Shown: one piece after another, positions 45,293 through 60,091 of the stretch | Numbering within the stretch: position 1 is the stretch's first letter | Layout: every line of letters begins with the position of its first letter | From: Octopus vulgaris | Taxonomy: Eukaryota | Length of the DNA stretch: 64,000 nt | Assembly (NCBI GenBank): GCA_951406725.2 | Contig: OX597827.1 | Span: 51,026,001-51,090,000, forward strand | Direction of reading: 5' to 3' | Notes under the pieces: model-generated | Told to the model about the DNA's origin: nothing | The model's database searches: none | Seen by the model: only the letters and a program-made list of their open reading frames with translations | Made by a program: the position numbers and the translations under genes

Positions 45293-48276
45293 AGAGAATT
45301 ATGCAAGATGATTTACAGTAGCAAGTTCAGTTTCTGAGTACAATCTACATTAGGATTTTCAAAATATCCTGTAGTATAATAAAACTGATTCCCTTAGAGG
45401 AATTTTGACAGTTTAATATTTTACAAGGTATTTCAATAAACTATGTTATGGGAAAATAAAAGAATATAAAATCAAGTTTATCAAAACAAGGTCTTAGAGT
45501 TGTTTGTCTTAGAATGACATTTATCACCATCATCAAGTTACTTTAACTCATGCAGTCAGTCACTGGGGTTCCACTCTAAATACTTTCATAGTCAGGTGTC
45601 ATCACTGGTCTCTGTTCTCTGTAGTGCATAGCAGGTTCTCTGTATTGTAACCTGTCCAGTCCTTGATGTTGTCAAGCTTCTCTTTCACCCTCCCTAAAAC
45701 TGTGTAATGAAGAATGGTTTTGAACAGGGAGTTGTGACAGGATACATGACTATACCAGACAAGCTTCTAACTTTTTACCTGCACAAGGAGTGGTTCCTAT
45801 CTGCCAGTGCATTTGTTGACATGCTGCCTGGCAAAGCTAGAATGACATTAAATGACAGCAAAGTCCTAGGAAATTTTGAAGAAAGGGCTTGTAGTTTTAT
45901 GATATTAAACAACAAAAATAAAATGGTCATTTTAATGCTGATAAATACAATGAAGTAGAAATCAATTGTTCATAAGTCATATCAATTGAACCATTTTACT
46001 TTACAAATGCCAGTGGAAAAAGCACTTTAAGTTTCTACTACACCTGAAACACTGAGAAACGTAAATTCATATTTGACCAGCTTTAAAAGTGTGTTTCACT
46101 GAAATTAGAGAAATTATTGTATTGGCAGCTGAAAATTTTTTCATAATAAACTGAAAGATTTTTTAGACTATATTAATATTTGATAATTCCCTGAACAAGT
46201 AGGATATAATTGATAAAAAGACAAATAATTTCATAAATAGCTATTGAGTAATATGGGTAAATGGAAAGAAGTTTCACATAGAAATGATACAACATAACAC
46301 ATTGCAAATCCTAAGAAACTTAGAAATAGGAAAAAGACTTGGCTGAGATCCCAAAAGAATGTATTAATAGAGAGAAAATTCATTCTGATCGAGTCACTAT
46401 AGTAAATGGATGAGTGGCGTGTGAACCAGTTATAATGATTAAAATCAAGTTTTAAATTGAAAGCTTTAAAAAAAAAACATACCTTCATGAAAATTTTTCA
46501 CTTTAATGTAAAGCTGACAGCTACAAGAATTATGATTTATATTTCATTTTAAATTAGACTACTGCAGAATTTTACTTCTCTATTTTGAAATTGATTATGT
46601 AATAACTGATGCTGATATGACTAGAAGAGTTTAGAAGCTAACACACAAAAATCTGGATAGCTTTAAAACACTAATTTGTATTTTAGATTACATTTTCATA
46701 AGAATATTTTGTCTAGCTGATGATATAATGAATGAAGTTTAATTTATTGTAGACAAGATTTAAACTTCATTTGGTGTAAAGTTCTCAAAAATTGATCCAG
46801 TTTCTTATTGATATTGCCCTTAATATCATAATTCTAATGTTTATTGTTTTCATGTTACAGTAAGTTAGCTTCTATCACTTAATGTGTGTGTGTGTTTGTG
46901 TGCATCACACTCCATGTTACTAGGACATTCATTACTCCAGCTTATATCAGTCAGTGTTTTTAATGCCCAAACACTTTTTCCGATAGCATTAAACTTCTAA
47001 TAGATACTACTTAACTTTTTCCCCTCTAAATGAACAGATTCTCTGCCCTTGATTTGCTACTATACAGCATCATAGATCTTACAATTTACAGAGTCAAACT
47101 GTTATGTTGTTATACCAGGATAAAAACACAAATACACACTTCCAAAAGAGTGTATCACTGTTTATGTTTACATGAGATAAAAGAAGACTTCTTTATGTGG
47201 TGTCCTTTTTTTTTTTTTTTGTCTCATAACTTAGTAGAAAAACAAAGAAAGATTGATAAAATAAGTACTAGTGTCAATATGAGCGAGACTGGTGCATGAC
47301 CACAGTCCAATAACAAAATCAATAAAAGAATAAAAAATGAAATAGTTCACAAAATGTTTCAATATGTTGAACAAAATTAATTTGATACTACTTTTAAAAA
47401 CATTTTTAGTTTCATCAACCATAGGAGAAGTATGTATTTGTAGCAATATATTACAATGTACTATCATGCTTAGTTTAAACTAGGTAAACATATCCTGTCT
47501 ACTCAAAAAGTGTACACCAAGCTAGTGTCTATTTCTCCCAAACTCTTCAGTATTACTCTTTCTGTGAAGATCATCTTATGTGAACACATGATAATCTTTC
47601 CCATGCCACAAAAGGGTGATATTACCAATCCTCATGTTTACCCTTTCTCTTCTCAGTAATGAACAACATGGTATTTGTAATGTTAGATCAACCAGAAATC
47701 CCATCTACATCACACAAGAGTAGTGTCTAAGTAATTTATTGCAGGACATACCCTTAGCTAAATTCCTTCTACTTTAGGCACAAGTCCAGCAGTTTTATGG
47801 GAGGGGTTAGTTATTTACATGAACTCCAGTACTTGACTGGTACTTGATTTTATCAACCCCAAAAGGATAAAAGGTAAAATTGACCTTAATGGGATTTGAA
47901 CTCTTAACATTGAAGGGTCAGAAGAAATGCTGCAATACATTTTCGAATCATAGCTAAATTGCCCAGATATGATCACCAGGAGTCTTGAAGCAGAAGTTTT
48001 CTGCACAAACAGCTTCATCTGAGGGTGTGTCAACAAGATTCTGTTTGACCCATGTTCAACAATACTGGTGTGCCTCAAAATTTGATTGTCACGCTCACTC
48101 ATTTTTATGTACATTAATGGCCTTCTTGTTTCTTATAATATGAGGTTTCTTTTCTTAATCTTCTATGACTTTCAAATTTCTTTAGACACCTAATATCACA
48201 CACTGTTTCCTTAAAAACAGTCAAATCTTCTCATTAAGATATGACATGCAAGCCTTTTTCTATTGTATAAAGACAG

Positions 48277-48323
<47 letters not shown>

Positions 48324-50264
48324 AGGAAATAAGTTTGTGACTAGTTAAAATTGCCAAAGTCTCTTCAAATGCTAAGCCTTGTGATCTTCCAAGGTGACTA
48401 TATGTCTGTGACATGGTAAAGAAAGAAAAAACCCTGCATCCAAAATATCAGGTTGCCTCTTCAGAGTTAAAAAATACTTCAACTTTAACCTATTACTGGT
48501 ATAAATTAGGATTCAGACATATCTCCCATATAAGGGGTTTATTCACATATCAAGGACGATACTTCTGCTGCTTAATTCTAAGTTACATCCAAAGAGGAAT
48601 GGTTCAGCAAACTGGTGGAGATTACCTCACCAATACTGTTTCCTCTTTTTATTTACTACAATGGCTTTTGTCCATCTGAACTCTAAAGGTGTGTACACCC
48701 TCAGCACAAGCCCATCTAATGTACACATCTTTACTCCACTCTTCAACTCTATATCTTGTTGGCCTTTCTTACTTTTTCTTGCCCAGAACTGCAACTCTGT
48801 AAAACTCTCAACCTACTTACCTTTACCCAACATTATTTCAAGTTAAACTCTGTCTACATTAACCTTACAAATGATTTTAGCATCTAAAATTCTTAGCTGC
48901 TAGTATTACCTAAATAGAACCAGCTGAATCATGTATGGCACTGAGAATAAAATAAGACTGTAGTACAATACAGCTAGCTTGAGTGAAATGACTTTAAATA
49001 TTAATAAAATTGATGCATCTCAATATTTTGTAGAAAGAATAAGTCAAAGCTGCCCTCCTAGACAGACCAAAGGAATACAATCTCAATCATAAGTTTCATT
49101 TTTGATTTGGTTTCTATAACTGGATGCCCTTCCTAACACCAACCACTTCATAGAGTGTATTGGGTGCAGGTTTTCATGGTGCCACTATGAAAGAGATTGT
49201 TACTTCTCTGGAAAGACAAAGAGATTTTTCAACTGTACACTTAACGGAATGTCCAGGATGCATTTTATCATGGCACCAACACTAGAGAAGATAAAAGTGA
49301 GAGAATGAGGGATAGCAGGATGTGAATAAATGGTTTGAGTGAATGATGATTGTCACTATGAAATGGCTAGTATATGCCTCAAGATATTGAGCTAACTAGG
49401 GTGGTAAGGATGAGAGAGTGTGGTGGTGGCATATTGGTTTTAAAGGTCTGTTGATATTCATGGTTACATTGAAAGCAATGTGCAGGGGGACAGAAGAGAT
49501 CCACAGCTAACATTAGTCACACCAGTAGTAAAGTATAGTGAGCATAAGAAAAGGAGAGAGATTCAAAGATGAGCAAGATATGAGATATGAGCACTGGACG
49601 AATGTGTAGATATTCCATAAATATTAAATACGCCAGTCATATAGATGTAAATATTCTGTATGGCAATAATATATATGTTCAGACTTTCTATTTAAAGATG
49701 AGTAAATTTTAAATATATTTTAATCAGATTCACTTCTAACACTGTACATATTAATTTTTAACAAAACAGGTATTGATTTCTATTAGCACATCCACCCACA
49801 GTCTATGAAAGTCATAGGTGTATTAAAGAAATGCAACCACTTCTCTCTATTTTTCCCTGATGTTGCACAACCACTCCCTTAGTGGCCCTGCTATACATCT
49901 TTTACAAAGGATTTGTCCATTCACAACGATGCCTGACAGAGGCAAGCTATTACAAGGTTTCATGCCGGAACCAGTTTATTTTCTGCTTCCTGGCAGTTGA
50001 TAGAAGACTTTTCTGACTTGCAAAAATCTATCCCCCGACTTGCTCGTTAGCTTGATGTTATGCAAATGAAATACAAAGCATCTTTCTATATTCCATTTCA
50101 AATGGCATTCTTGTATAGTAATGAAAGAAAGCAACAAAAATAATTTCACAATTTTAACATATTGCAAGCTCCTATATTATAAATTTAAAATTTTGATCCA
50201 AATTTTACCATAAAGTATAAATATATAGTAAACTTTGTAAAGAGCTTAGCACTCAAAAGGCTTC

Positions 50265-50266
<2 letters not shown>

Positions 50267-50295
<29 letters not shown>

Positions 50296-50492
50296 TGTAT
50301 GTATGTATGTATGTATGTGTGTATGTATGTGTGTATGTATTTATGTATTATGTATGTATGTATGTATATGTGTGTGTGTATGTATGTATGTATGTATGTA
50401 TGTATGTATGTATGTATGTATGTATGTATGTATGTATGTATGTATCTATATGTGTGTGTGTATGTATGTATGTATGTATGTATGTATGTGTA
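50267..50492. repeat. (ATGT)n microsatellite
   Basis: Direct reading. Confidence 0.95.
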
Positions 50493-50896
50493 TCATAAAT
50501 GTTCCCATTATATAATATATGTAGATATGTTTGTGCATGTGTGTGTGTTTGCCTACGATGTGTGGTCAGAATCTTTTTGATGCATATTTCCATGTTTCTA
50601 CATAAGCGCTGTTATTTAGATAGAGACAAAATAGCCGAGAAGATAAGCTATTAGTCATTGTGGTGTCTCTGAACAATACACTTAATTCTACTTGTTTCTA
50701 CAAGGAGAAGACATGTCTCTCTTCTGCTTAATGCTTCAGAAACTAAGTTAAGAATCAAGACTGTTGAACTTTGTGAAATGATTAACTCTTATTATCTTAG
50801 AGATTTCGTCAATATATACTGTCTAGTATAAAATCATGAGCAGGTTTTTGGATGCAAACAAATACTTTTGCTAACTTTGAGGATTAAGCAAAAAGT

Positions 50897-51145
50897 CTTT
50901 CAACCTTATTCTTACTCAGGTCATATAGAACACATACTTCCATTGCTAATCAGATCACCTAGGTAACAGAAGCTATGAAACACTTCTAGAGGGCCTTCTG
51001 AGCATTTGAAGGAATTTATTTCATAGGTGCTCTGACTGCAAACTGCTCCTGAATATCCACTACAGTCCTTCTCTATCAGCCTCTCCTGTGATCCTACTGC
51101 ACCTCTTGTGTACCCATCGTTTACATTACATGCACTGTACAGAGT
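50897..51145 (-). repeat. 249-bp direct duplicate of LINE fragment 56290-56538
   Basis: Five mismatches in 249 bp by hand comparison. Confidence 0.93.
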
Positions 51146-51827
51146 GCACATAATTCCGTGCATAAATTTTGCTTATACACAAAATATATGCCATGGGTGT
51201 GGTATAGAGTATATTGAAAAATAGAGATTTGGCTATAAAATGACTGAATGTGTAAGATGATGACTAGTTAGTGAGGATTATATAGAAGGATAACTGGAGG
51301 CAAAAAGTGTTCAATGGTATCTCAATGAAGAGAAGAAAAATAGAGAGAATTAAGTTGTTTTTTTTATTATCCTGCCAGAAAATACATTCCAAGCAACACT
51401 CCTATTTCTCAGCCTACTGAATTCATATTGCTTTCACTGGTCTAAGCCTCCAGTTCACAATTTACACTGCTTGCACCTCCAACTTTACATTACATACAAT
51501 ATACAGATCTTACAGTTCATAGGAATTATAATAAGTTAAATATTTCTTTTCTTTCTATACACAGTAATCAGATCATATTGCACATATGATATCATAATGT
51601 TTGAAATCATAAAACTAAGAAAACTTAAGACTAATAATATATCGTCTGTAATATACATGATTTAATATTACACTCAATATTGTAATAATAATATTCAATA
51701 TCATATAATCTGTACAACAAAGCCAACTGCATTTCTTATGTTGATTAATGACTTTAGCACATAGTAAAAACTAGTTGAGATGAGACTATGTGATGTTCAG
51801 GCTATTGTTAACCGTATTAATAATATG

Positions 51828-52062
51828 TAAGGCGGTGAGCTGGCAGAATCGTTAGCATGCCGGGCGAAATGCTCAGCGGTATTTCGTGAGCTGCTACGTT
51901 CTGAGTTCAAATTCCGCCGAGATCGACTTTGCCTTTCATCCTTTCGGGGTCGATTAAATAAGTACCAGTTACACACTGGGATCAATATAATTGACTTAAT
52001 CCGTTTGTCTGTCCTTGTTCGTCCCCTCTGTGTTTAGCCCCTTGTGGGTAGTAAAGAAATAG
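51828..52062 (+). mobile_element. tRNA-derived SINE, family C, with 14-bp TSD
   Basis: GGCGGTGAGCTGGCAGAATCGTTAGC ... GAGTTCAAATTCC B-box. TSD gtattaataatatg at 51814-51827 and 52063-52076. Confidence 0.92.
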
Positions 52063-53245
52063 GTATTAATAATATGATGCAACATGAGTGAATCATTAAG
52101 TTCACTTTGTAATCACAAGGTTCTGAGTTCAGTCCCACAGAATATTTTTGGCATGTCCTCTGTACTGTTACCTTGAGTCAACCCAAGCTTTATGAGTAAA
52201 ACTGAGTATTTAGAAACTGTGTGGGATCTTGTCAGATGGATTGTACCTGTTATTCAAAGGGGTCAGCCTTGTCACATATTATATCATACTGATGCTACTA
52301 GAGGAGCAGGTCATGGGTAAATATTTTTGTGGGATACTCAGCCACTTACATGCTAATTCAAAAGTGGATGGATATCCATTTTAGATCTAAGACGAGTAAA
52401 AATGATTTCAACCAAAAATTGAAACCAGCTTGCCATTGCTGCCAAGTATAAACATATTGAATATCATCAGTTCTATGAAATATGCTTGTTTCAGAGAATT
52501 GTATATCTTTCTGCTCAGTGGTTCATATAATAATACTTTGTAGAACAATACTCTTTTCAGCTGAACATTATAATCAAGGTAAAATAAAACAATATAGAAG
52601 AAGCTTCCAATATATAAACAGTTTTATTTTTAATGGTTGCATTCCTTAAAGTGCAATAAGTAGATAACAAGTGATGAGAAATATTCATTAGTTATCGGTC
52701 CTAATGGATTCAGTGCAAGAGAAAATTGGACATTTCATCGTTCACACGCCTTCCCTCATGGACAACATACATGAAGGAACAACAAATCACTAACTTTCTA
52801 GAAAAGCTTATCTCTTGATGTACCACAAAGAAAGTGTAGAATGGTATTTATAGCATGGTCTCAATGTGCAAGCTTGTCTACAAACATCACAAATTAAAAA
52901 CCACATTTACAATGATGAGAGGGTGATAATTGAAATATTTGTGATTATTATTTCTATATATAAACAGTGAAATTCGTATTCCTGTTTTGGAACCAAATAT
53001 TTGAACTTTAAGAATATCAAGTCTTTCATTTTTTTTTTTTTATTTGTAGATGGTAAAACGAAAATATATCAAATTTAAAGAGAAACGGAAAAAAAGAGCA
53101 TAAACAAGGTTGTGCCATAGCATTTACTTTAAAATGGATGTGTATCACATATGTGTGTGTGTGTATGTGTGCATGTGTGTGTGAGTGTGTATGTATGTAC
53201 ACACACACACACACAAGCAATACTAAGTTTTCTTTTGCTTAATTT

Positions 53246-53308
53246 TCTATTATTATCATTATTATTATTATCATTATCATCATCATCATCATAACCATTA
53301 TCATCATG

Positions 53309-53370
<62 letters not shown>
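53246..53370. repeat. (ATT)n/(ATC)n microsatellite
   Basis: Direct reading. Confidence 0.9.
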
Positions 53371-53373
<3 letters not shown>

Positions 53374-55546
53374 CACACAGTAAGTTTATACCAAGTCCAT
53401 AATTCATGTAGACATATGTATATTATATATATGTGTATGTGTGTGTGTTAATGTTCGGCAAAAATGTAAATGGGTATGCATATATATATGTTTGTGTCTG
53501 TGTTTTACAAATATGTGTATATCTGTCTATCTATATTTCTGTAGATATGTGTGTGTATACATGTGTGTGTATGTATGTATATAAACGCACACATGTGTAT
53601 ATATATAAAGATAGATAGATAAAGAGAAAGAAATTTGTTTGTGTGTACATATATATTTATGTGTGTGTGATGTATGTGTATGTGTGTGTATTTATATATA
53701 TGTATAAATATTTGTGTGTTTATTCATTTATACACACACACACACAAAGACATATTTATATGTGGATGCGTTTATAAATATATGTACGTTTATTTGTATA
53801 TGTGAAGAGAGAAAGAGAGACTATAGAGGTAGTATGTGTGGAAGGGTATTGAAATATATGTTCTTATAGATATGTATTGACACACAAGCATTTCTTTTAA
53901 ATATTGCATCCACCACATAACAAAAAAAAATCTACAATATGCACAATTTTTTAATTAAGAAACTCTTCTATTTTTCTTCTATGCAAAACTGTTTTGGAAA
54001 ATAAATATATATATATTTAAGGTTGTTTCAGATATTTTTTTCCCCATGGTTGCCATTTGTATCAAAACTCTGACGTCTTAAGAAATAATTAAGTGGCAGT
54101 GTATATAAGAAAGTAAGGTAACGCAGTCAATGTGTATATACCCATGTATGTGATTATGTGTGACATTTGACTGTATATTTAATGTCTGTGTACATGTATG
54201 TGCCTGCATATGCACTTTATCTGTCTTTTTATAAGCAAACTCTACAACACACAAACACACACACATATACCTACCTAAAGTGAAATTCATGTTACTCCAG
54301 TATGGACTCTATTGGTACTCTGTAATGTTATAGACTTGGTATTAAAGAATTTAAGGGAACGAAGCTATATGTTGCGCAGTTTTCCTTGATATATCTTCAA
54401 ATTGTCTACCATTTCCGATTCTGAAATTGGTCAACAATCAACAAATATGTTCATACTCTTACAGTCTGCATGACTAGAGACATGTACAAATATATATATA
54501 TATATATATATATATTATTTAACAATACACACATATATAAAGTATATGCTATTTATCCATGGTATACAGACTACTTTTTAACTATGTATGAGCATTTATA
54601 AATGTATGCATGTATGGGTGAATGTATAAAAATATAATCATATATTTATTCATGTAAGAGAGGGTACACAAAACTTTTTTATGAATGATATCAAAACTTA
54701 TGTACATCATATTTGTTTTTATATATTTTCTTTTATTTCATTATCTATGTTGAAAGTAAAGCTAACCTTTAAAAAAAAAGTCTTCTAAAAAGCCATTGAA
54801 TATTGCTTCAATTTTTTTATTCCCAGAAGCATATGTAATATCAAAAGGTTTTATTGATAAATGTACATTTTTTTTTTCCTTTGACTAACATTGTTTTTTT
54901 TTTTTTCTTTTTGCAAAACTGTGCTTAAACTGATTCTTTCTCTCAACTGTAGCAATTGAGGAAAGTTTTTTTCTACTTTTAAGTATTTTAAAAATCATTA
55001 ATCTCCGGATATCTTATATTGGAATGCAAAATACACTGCACAAATGCACAAAGTTAAGCAGTAGCACACCTCTATACACAAATGATTTAAATGTGTATGT
55101 GTGAATGTATATTTATAAAAAATACATAGTGACATTAACAAATAGACACAAACACACACAAACACACAAACACACATGCATTGGCAGAGCGTCAAAGTAC
55201 CTTGCAGTATTTAGTTTGTGTCTGTAGATTATTGTAGATTCAAATTCTGCTCAGGCTAACTTCACATTCCATCCTTCGGAGGTTAATAAAATAAGTAGCA
55301 GTCTAATACTGAACTGATATAAATGATACCCCAGCATGGCCATGGAAGAAAAAAATTAAGAAATATGTATATTCATATGTATGTATATGTGTATATATGT
55401 ATGTGTATATGCACATATGCACACACATGCAAATAAGACACATATGTGTACGAGTATGTGTTGTGTATGTACATGTGTGTATATGTATAACTGCATATAT
55501 ATATGTATAAACATATATGTAAATATGTATGTGTGGATGTGTGTAA

Positions 55547-55579
<33 letters not shown>

Positions 55580-55617
55580 GTATATGTATATATTTATATA
55601 TGCAAAATCATTTATAA

Positions 55618-55690
<73 letters not shown>

Positions 55691-55722
55691 TATAGATATA
55701 TATATATATAGATATATATATA

Positions 55723-55771
<49 letters not shown>

Positions 55772-55824
55772 CATGCTTATTTATACATACATATATACAT
55801 ACAGAGACAAGCAGACATACACAT

Positions 55825-58050
55825 TCTTCATCCTTGTCATCATTTAATTCATTTAATGTCCATTTTTGTAAAGTCAATGGGTTAGATGGGTCTCCTCATG
55901 CACAGTGTCTTGCCATTTTTTTTTTTGTGATCCATTGTCACCTCCTTTGTGTCTCTTTTGTGAAGCTCAGCCTCTTGAGAACAGCTCTCTCCATTTCTTT
56001 CTGCAGCTTCCATACCAGCACAGTCTTCTCTCTAGCATGCTACATCTGATTCCTCTTATAACTAGTTCTTTCTTCTTTTTTTTTCTCAGCTCATTTGTGT
56101 TCTTTCATTGAGGCACACTGTCATTACAACATTCCCACTTCATTTTATTCCAGTCCTTATACTGCCTCCAGGATTCATTAACATATTTCATTAACATACA
56201 GCATCATACTTCCTACATCAACATCTTATAATCTACCCTTCACTCAGAGAATCCCTTTATTGCCAGCAAAGGTAAAAGCTTCCTGAATACTTTCAACCTT
56301 ATTCTTACTCAGGTCATATAGAACACATACTCCCATTGCTAATCAGATTACCTAGGCAACAGAAGCTATGAAACACTTCTAGAGGGCCTTCTGAGCATTT
56401 GAAGGAATTTATTTCATAGGTGCTCTGACTGCAAACTGCTCCTGAATATCCACTACAGTCCTTCTCTATCAGCCTCTCCTGTGATCCTACTGCACCTCTT
56501 GTGTACCCATCGTTTACATTACCGGCACTGTACAGAGTTCCTACTTATATCTTTCTGCATACTGAGATGACAACTTCCCTGATGGCAGTAGAGTTTTTAG
56601 TTTCTTTTTTTGCTGATTAAAACTTTTGTCTTTATATTGAGATTTTCTTATTCTAAATTTTTCTTATACATTTGGAATTTCTTCATTAATTCTTTAGCAA
56701 ATTCAGCTCTGTGAACTTGGTCAATGGAATACAGGAGTTCCCTCAGACAGCCAGTCTTAAACTCTCCTGTTATGGTCAGAGGACTGATTCATGATAGAGG
56801 CCTTCCTGCAAGCTAAATTCCTTACTGAACACATGGCTAATTCTCACCTTATTGGAAGTGCCATAGTACAAGGTCTGAACAGCTCCCACAAGCCATTCAC
56901 ATACACTCAGTTTTCTTCACCACCAGAGTATAGTGTGGAACCTTTTGAAAAACCTCTCCAGATCAACAAATTCTAGCATAGAGACTTAATCTCAATTAAG
57001 AATTTCTGTAGTTATCTCACTCGGATGAAGGTATCAGTGGTACTTTGAAAACAAACCCAAATTGAATGTCATCTAAGCTCATTCTCTTCCAAATCAGTTG
57101 TGCTGTAACTCTTTCTCTTATTTTCAAAACTTGGTCCAACAATTCGATGCCTCTGTTGCTGGGTGCTCTTCTGACAATTGATGATAACTGCTACTCCAGT
57201 TATTGGATAACACACTTTACACCACTTGACTGACAGTGCTAGTGACAAGTGTATGCTCTACTTTACTGGATGGGTTCAGTTTCTCAATGACCAGCTGCTT
57301 TTTCCATATTCCTAATTACACTCAACCTTTCTTTTTCCCATGCATTCACCTCATTCAATAACTCTTTCTTCTCAGCACTAGAGAGAGTAAGTGTGCTGTA
57401 ATTATTCCATACACTCTTTCTCCCAGTCTTGATTCACACTGACACATTACTTTGCATCCTTAGACATTGCATACTCTTCTAATCTCCTCATCACAAAACT
57501 ATCAGCTTTTATAGTTCTCTTTACTGTTCCATTTCACCTTCTATCTGGTTGGACCTTTGACCCATCCACAGATATGGCTTAATGCAAGTTGTATCCCAAT
57601 TGTCCACTTTATTATAAATCTTTCTCTACCCCACCTTGTCATATTTTATCAAACCAGTATTTCTTTGAGCCTATGTCTTGACCAGGGAATCTTTCAACTT
57701 GCATACTTCCAGACTTGTGTCTGGAAACATTTTTGTGTCTCTGAAACATTCTTTGTCATCACAACCATCTGACTCACTCTCCTATTTTTTGATGAATGTG
57801 AAGTCTATCTTGGTTGCACAGTCCCCTAATTGGTGACTGGTATCATGTGGCTGGCTGGTTTCCTGAAGTTAGTGTTGCAAATTGTGAAGTCATTTGCATT
57901 TCAGACTCCAAGAGACTTGATCTCTTGTCATTGTTTGTGTTTTCACTCATATTTGTGTATACCAGGTTAGCCATATGGTGTTACCCAACATTCCATCAAA
58001 GAAACCATTTGTGATAGCAAGGTCACTGTCATTCACTATTGGGCCATCTA
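55825..58050 (-). mobile_element. Heavily decayed RTE-like LINE
   Basis: Minus-strand remnants: ANDFTICNTNFRKPASH (APE endonuclease, ~57830-57900), ITGEFKTGCLRELLYSID (RT YADD region, ~56720-56780) and GPLEVFHSFCCLG (RT C-terminal part, ~56350-56390). Boundaries approximate. Confidence 0.7.
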
Positions 58051-58684
58051 AGTACTTACTACATGTGCACACTCACACATGTACATGCACATTATATATA
58101 TATTTATTTGTATATATGCTCATAATTTCCAAACCTTTTTTTCTTTTTTTTTCATATTTAAAAATTATAGTTGATTTACAGGTTAGGCATTTTTAATTAA
58201 ACATTTCTCTGAGAAATTATATCTATAGTTGACTCACAGATACATATACAGATACAGGTGAAGGTGCATGTGTGTGTGTGTGTGTGTGTGTGCATGCGCG
58301 TGTGTGTATGTGTGTGTGTGTGTGTGTGCGCGCTCACGTGTGTGTGCGCGCGCTCACGTGCGCGTGTGTATGTGTGTGTGTGTGTTTGTGTGCGTGCAGA
58401 TTTATGAACATCCAGAAGTCAAAAACAGTTATAATTTGACAGAGGCAAGCTGGCAAAATTGTTAGCATGTTAGAAGGCTTTTTAGATGTTGAGTTCAAAT
58501 ACCACCAAGGTCACCTCTGCCTTTTGTATTTTTTGGACATCAATAAAATATAAACAATTCAAGTACTGGGAGGGGGTCAATATAATCAATTACTTTCTCT
58601 CCTGAGATAGTTGGCCTTGTGTCAAAATTTGACATAATTATCCTCATCACTATCATTATTATTACATATATATATATATATATA

Positions 58685-59954
58685 TTTGGTTGTCAAGAAA
58701 GTTCTTGTGGTTTTTGACCTTTAAATTCAGATGCACATATCTCAGCTCACACAAAACTCTATTAATCGAAATAAACACCATCAGAATCAACACACTTTTG
58801 CCAACGCGAAACAAGTTTATTTATGCCAGTAGCATAAAAATCCTGCGTTCTAGTGGCGATGAAGTCATTGAAGGCGTGTTTGGCATTGTCTTGGTTTTTG
58901 AAGCATTTTCATGCAGGAAGTTGTCAAGATGCTTGAAAAAGTGATAGTCGGTAGGCGAGAGGTCTGGTGAGTACAGAGGATAAGGCAGAGTTTTGTGACC
59001 CAAACCGTTCAACTTCTGCAGGGTCAGTTGTGCAACGTGTGGCTGAGTGTTGTTATGGAGAAGAATTGGTCCTTTTCTATTGACCAATGCTAGCTGTTGT
59101 TGTCGGAGTTTCTTATGCACTTCATCTATTTGCTGACAGTACTTCTCCGCCATAATGGTTTCGCTTGGATCCAAAAAGCTGTGATGGATGAGACCGACCA
59201 CAGACCACCAAACAGTCACCATGACCTTCTTTTGGTGCAACTTTGGCTTTGGTAAGTGCCGTGGAGCTTTGTCAGTGTCCATCCACTGAGCTGAGCATCA
59301 CCGGTTGTTGTAAAGAATCCACTTTTCATTGCAAGTCACAATTCAGTTGAGAAACGAGTCATTCTTGTTGCATAAAAGAAGGGAAAACGACACTTCAAAA
59401 CAGCGTTTTTTTTTATCATTCAATTAGTGGTGGCATCCATTTCTCAAGTATTTTTGTTTTCCCAATCTCTTTCAAGTGGTTGGAAATTGTCGTATACGTT
59501 ACGTCTAATTCAGAAGCAAGCTCTAGAACAGTTGTGAGTGGATTAGCTTCCACTAAGGCTCTTAGTTGATCGTTGGCCGACCACTACGCTTATCATCTTC
59601 AAGACTCTCATCACAGCTACAAAATTTCTTGAACCACCATTGTGCTGTACGTTCATTAGTGGTTCCTGGGTCAAACACATCGTTGATATCACGAGCTGTT
59701 TCAGCAACTTTTCGGCCTAGCTTGAACTGGAATAAGAAAATTGTGCGAATTTGCTTTTTGTCCATGTTGTATTCAACGTTCCAGAAAAAATGGCCTAATT
59801 ATTCAAAAAGAAAAAGAGTAACACGATTAGAGAGGGCAAAAAACGGGCTTTAAAATGATATATATAGTCAAAGTAATTTAACGAAAATTAATTTGAAAAT
59901 ACATCATTTAAAACCAAAATTAAAAATTCCGCAAGAACTTTCTTGACAACCTTA
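58685..59954 (-). mobile_element. Decayed full-length mariner transposon, cecropia/Hsmar1-like (~1.27 kb)
   Basis: TIRs ggttgtcaagaaagttcttg(t/c)gg at both ends, inside (TA)n. Transposase fragments MDKKQIRTIFLFQFKLGRK...QWWFKKF...SGRP and KKVMVTVWWS...YSPDLSPTDYHFFKHLDNFL, with frameshifts. Confidence 0.95.
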
Positions 59955-60026
59955 TATATATATATATATATATACATATGTGTGTCTGTGAGTGTGTATG
60001 TGTGACACGTATATATGTCACACACA

Positions 60027-60091
<65 letters not shown>

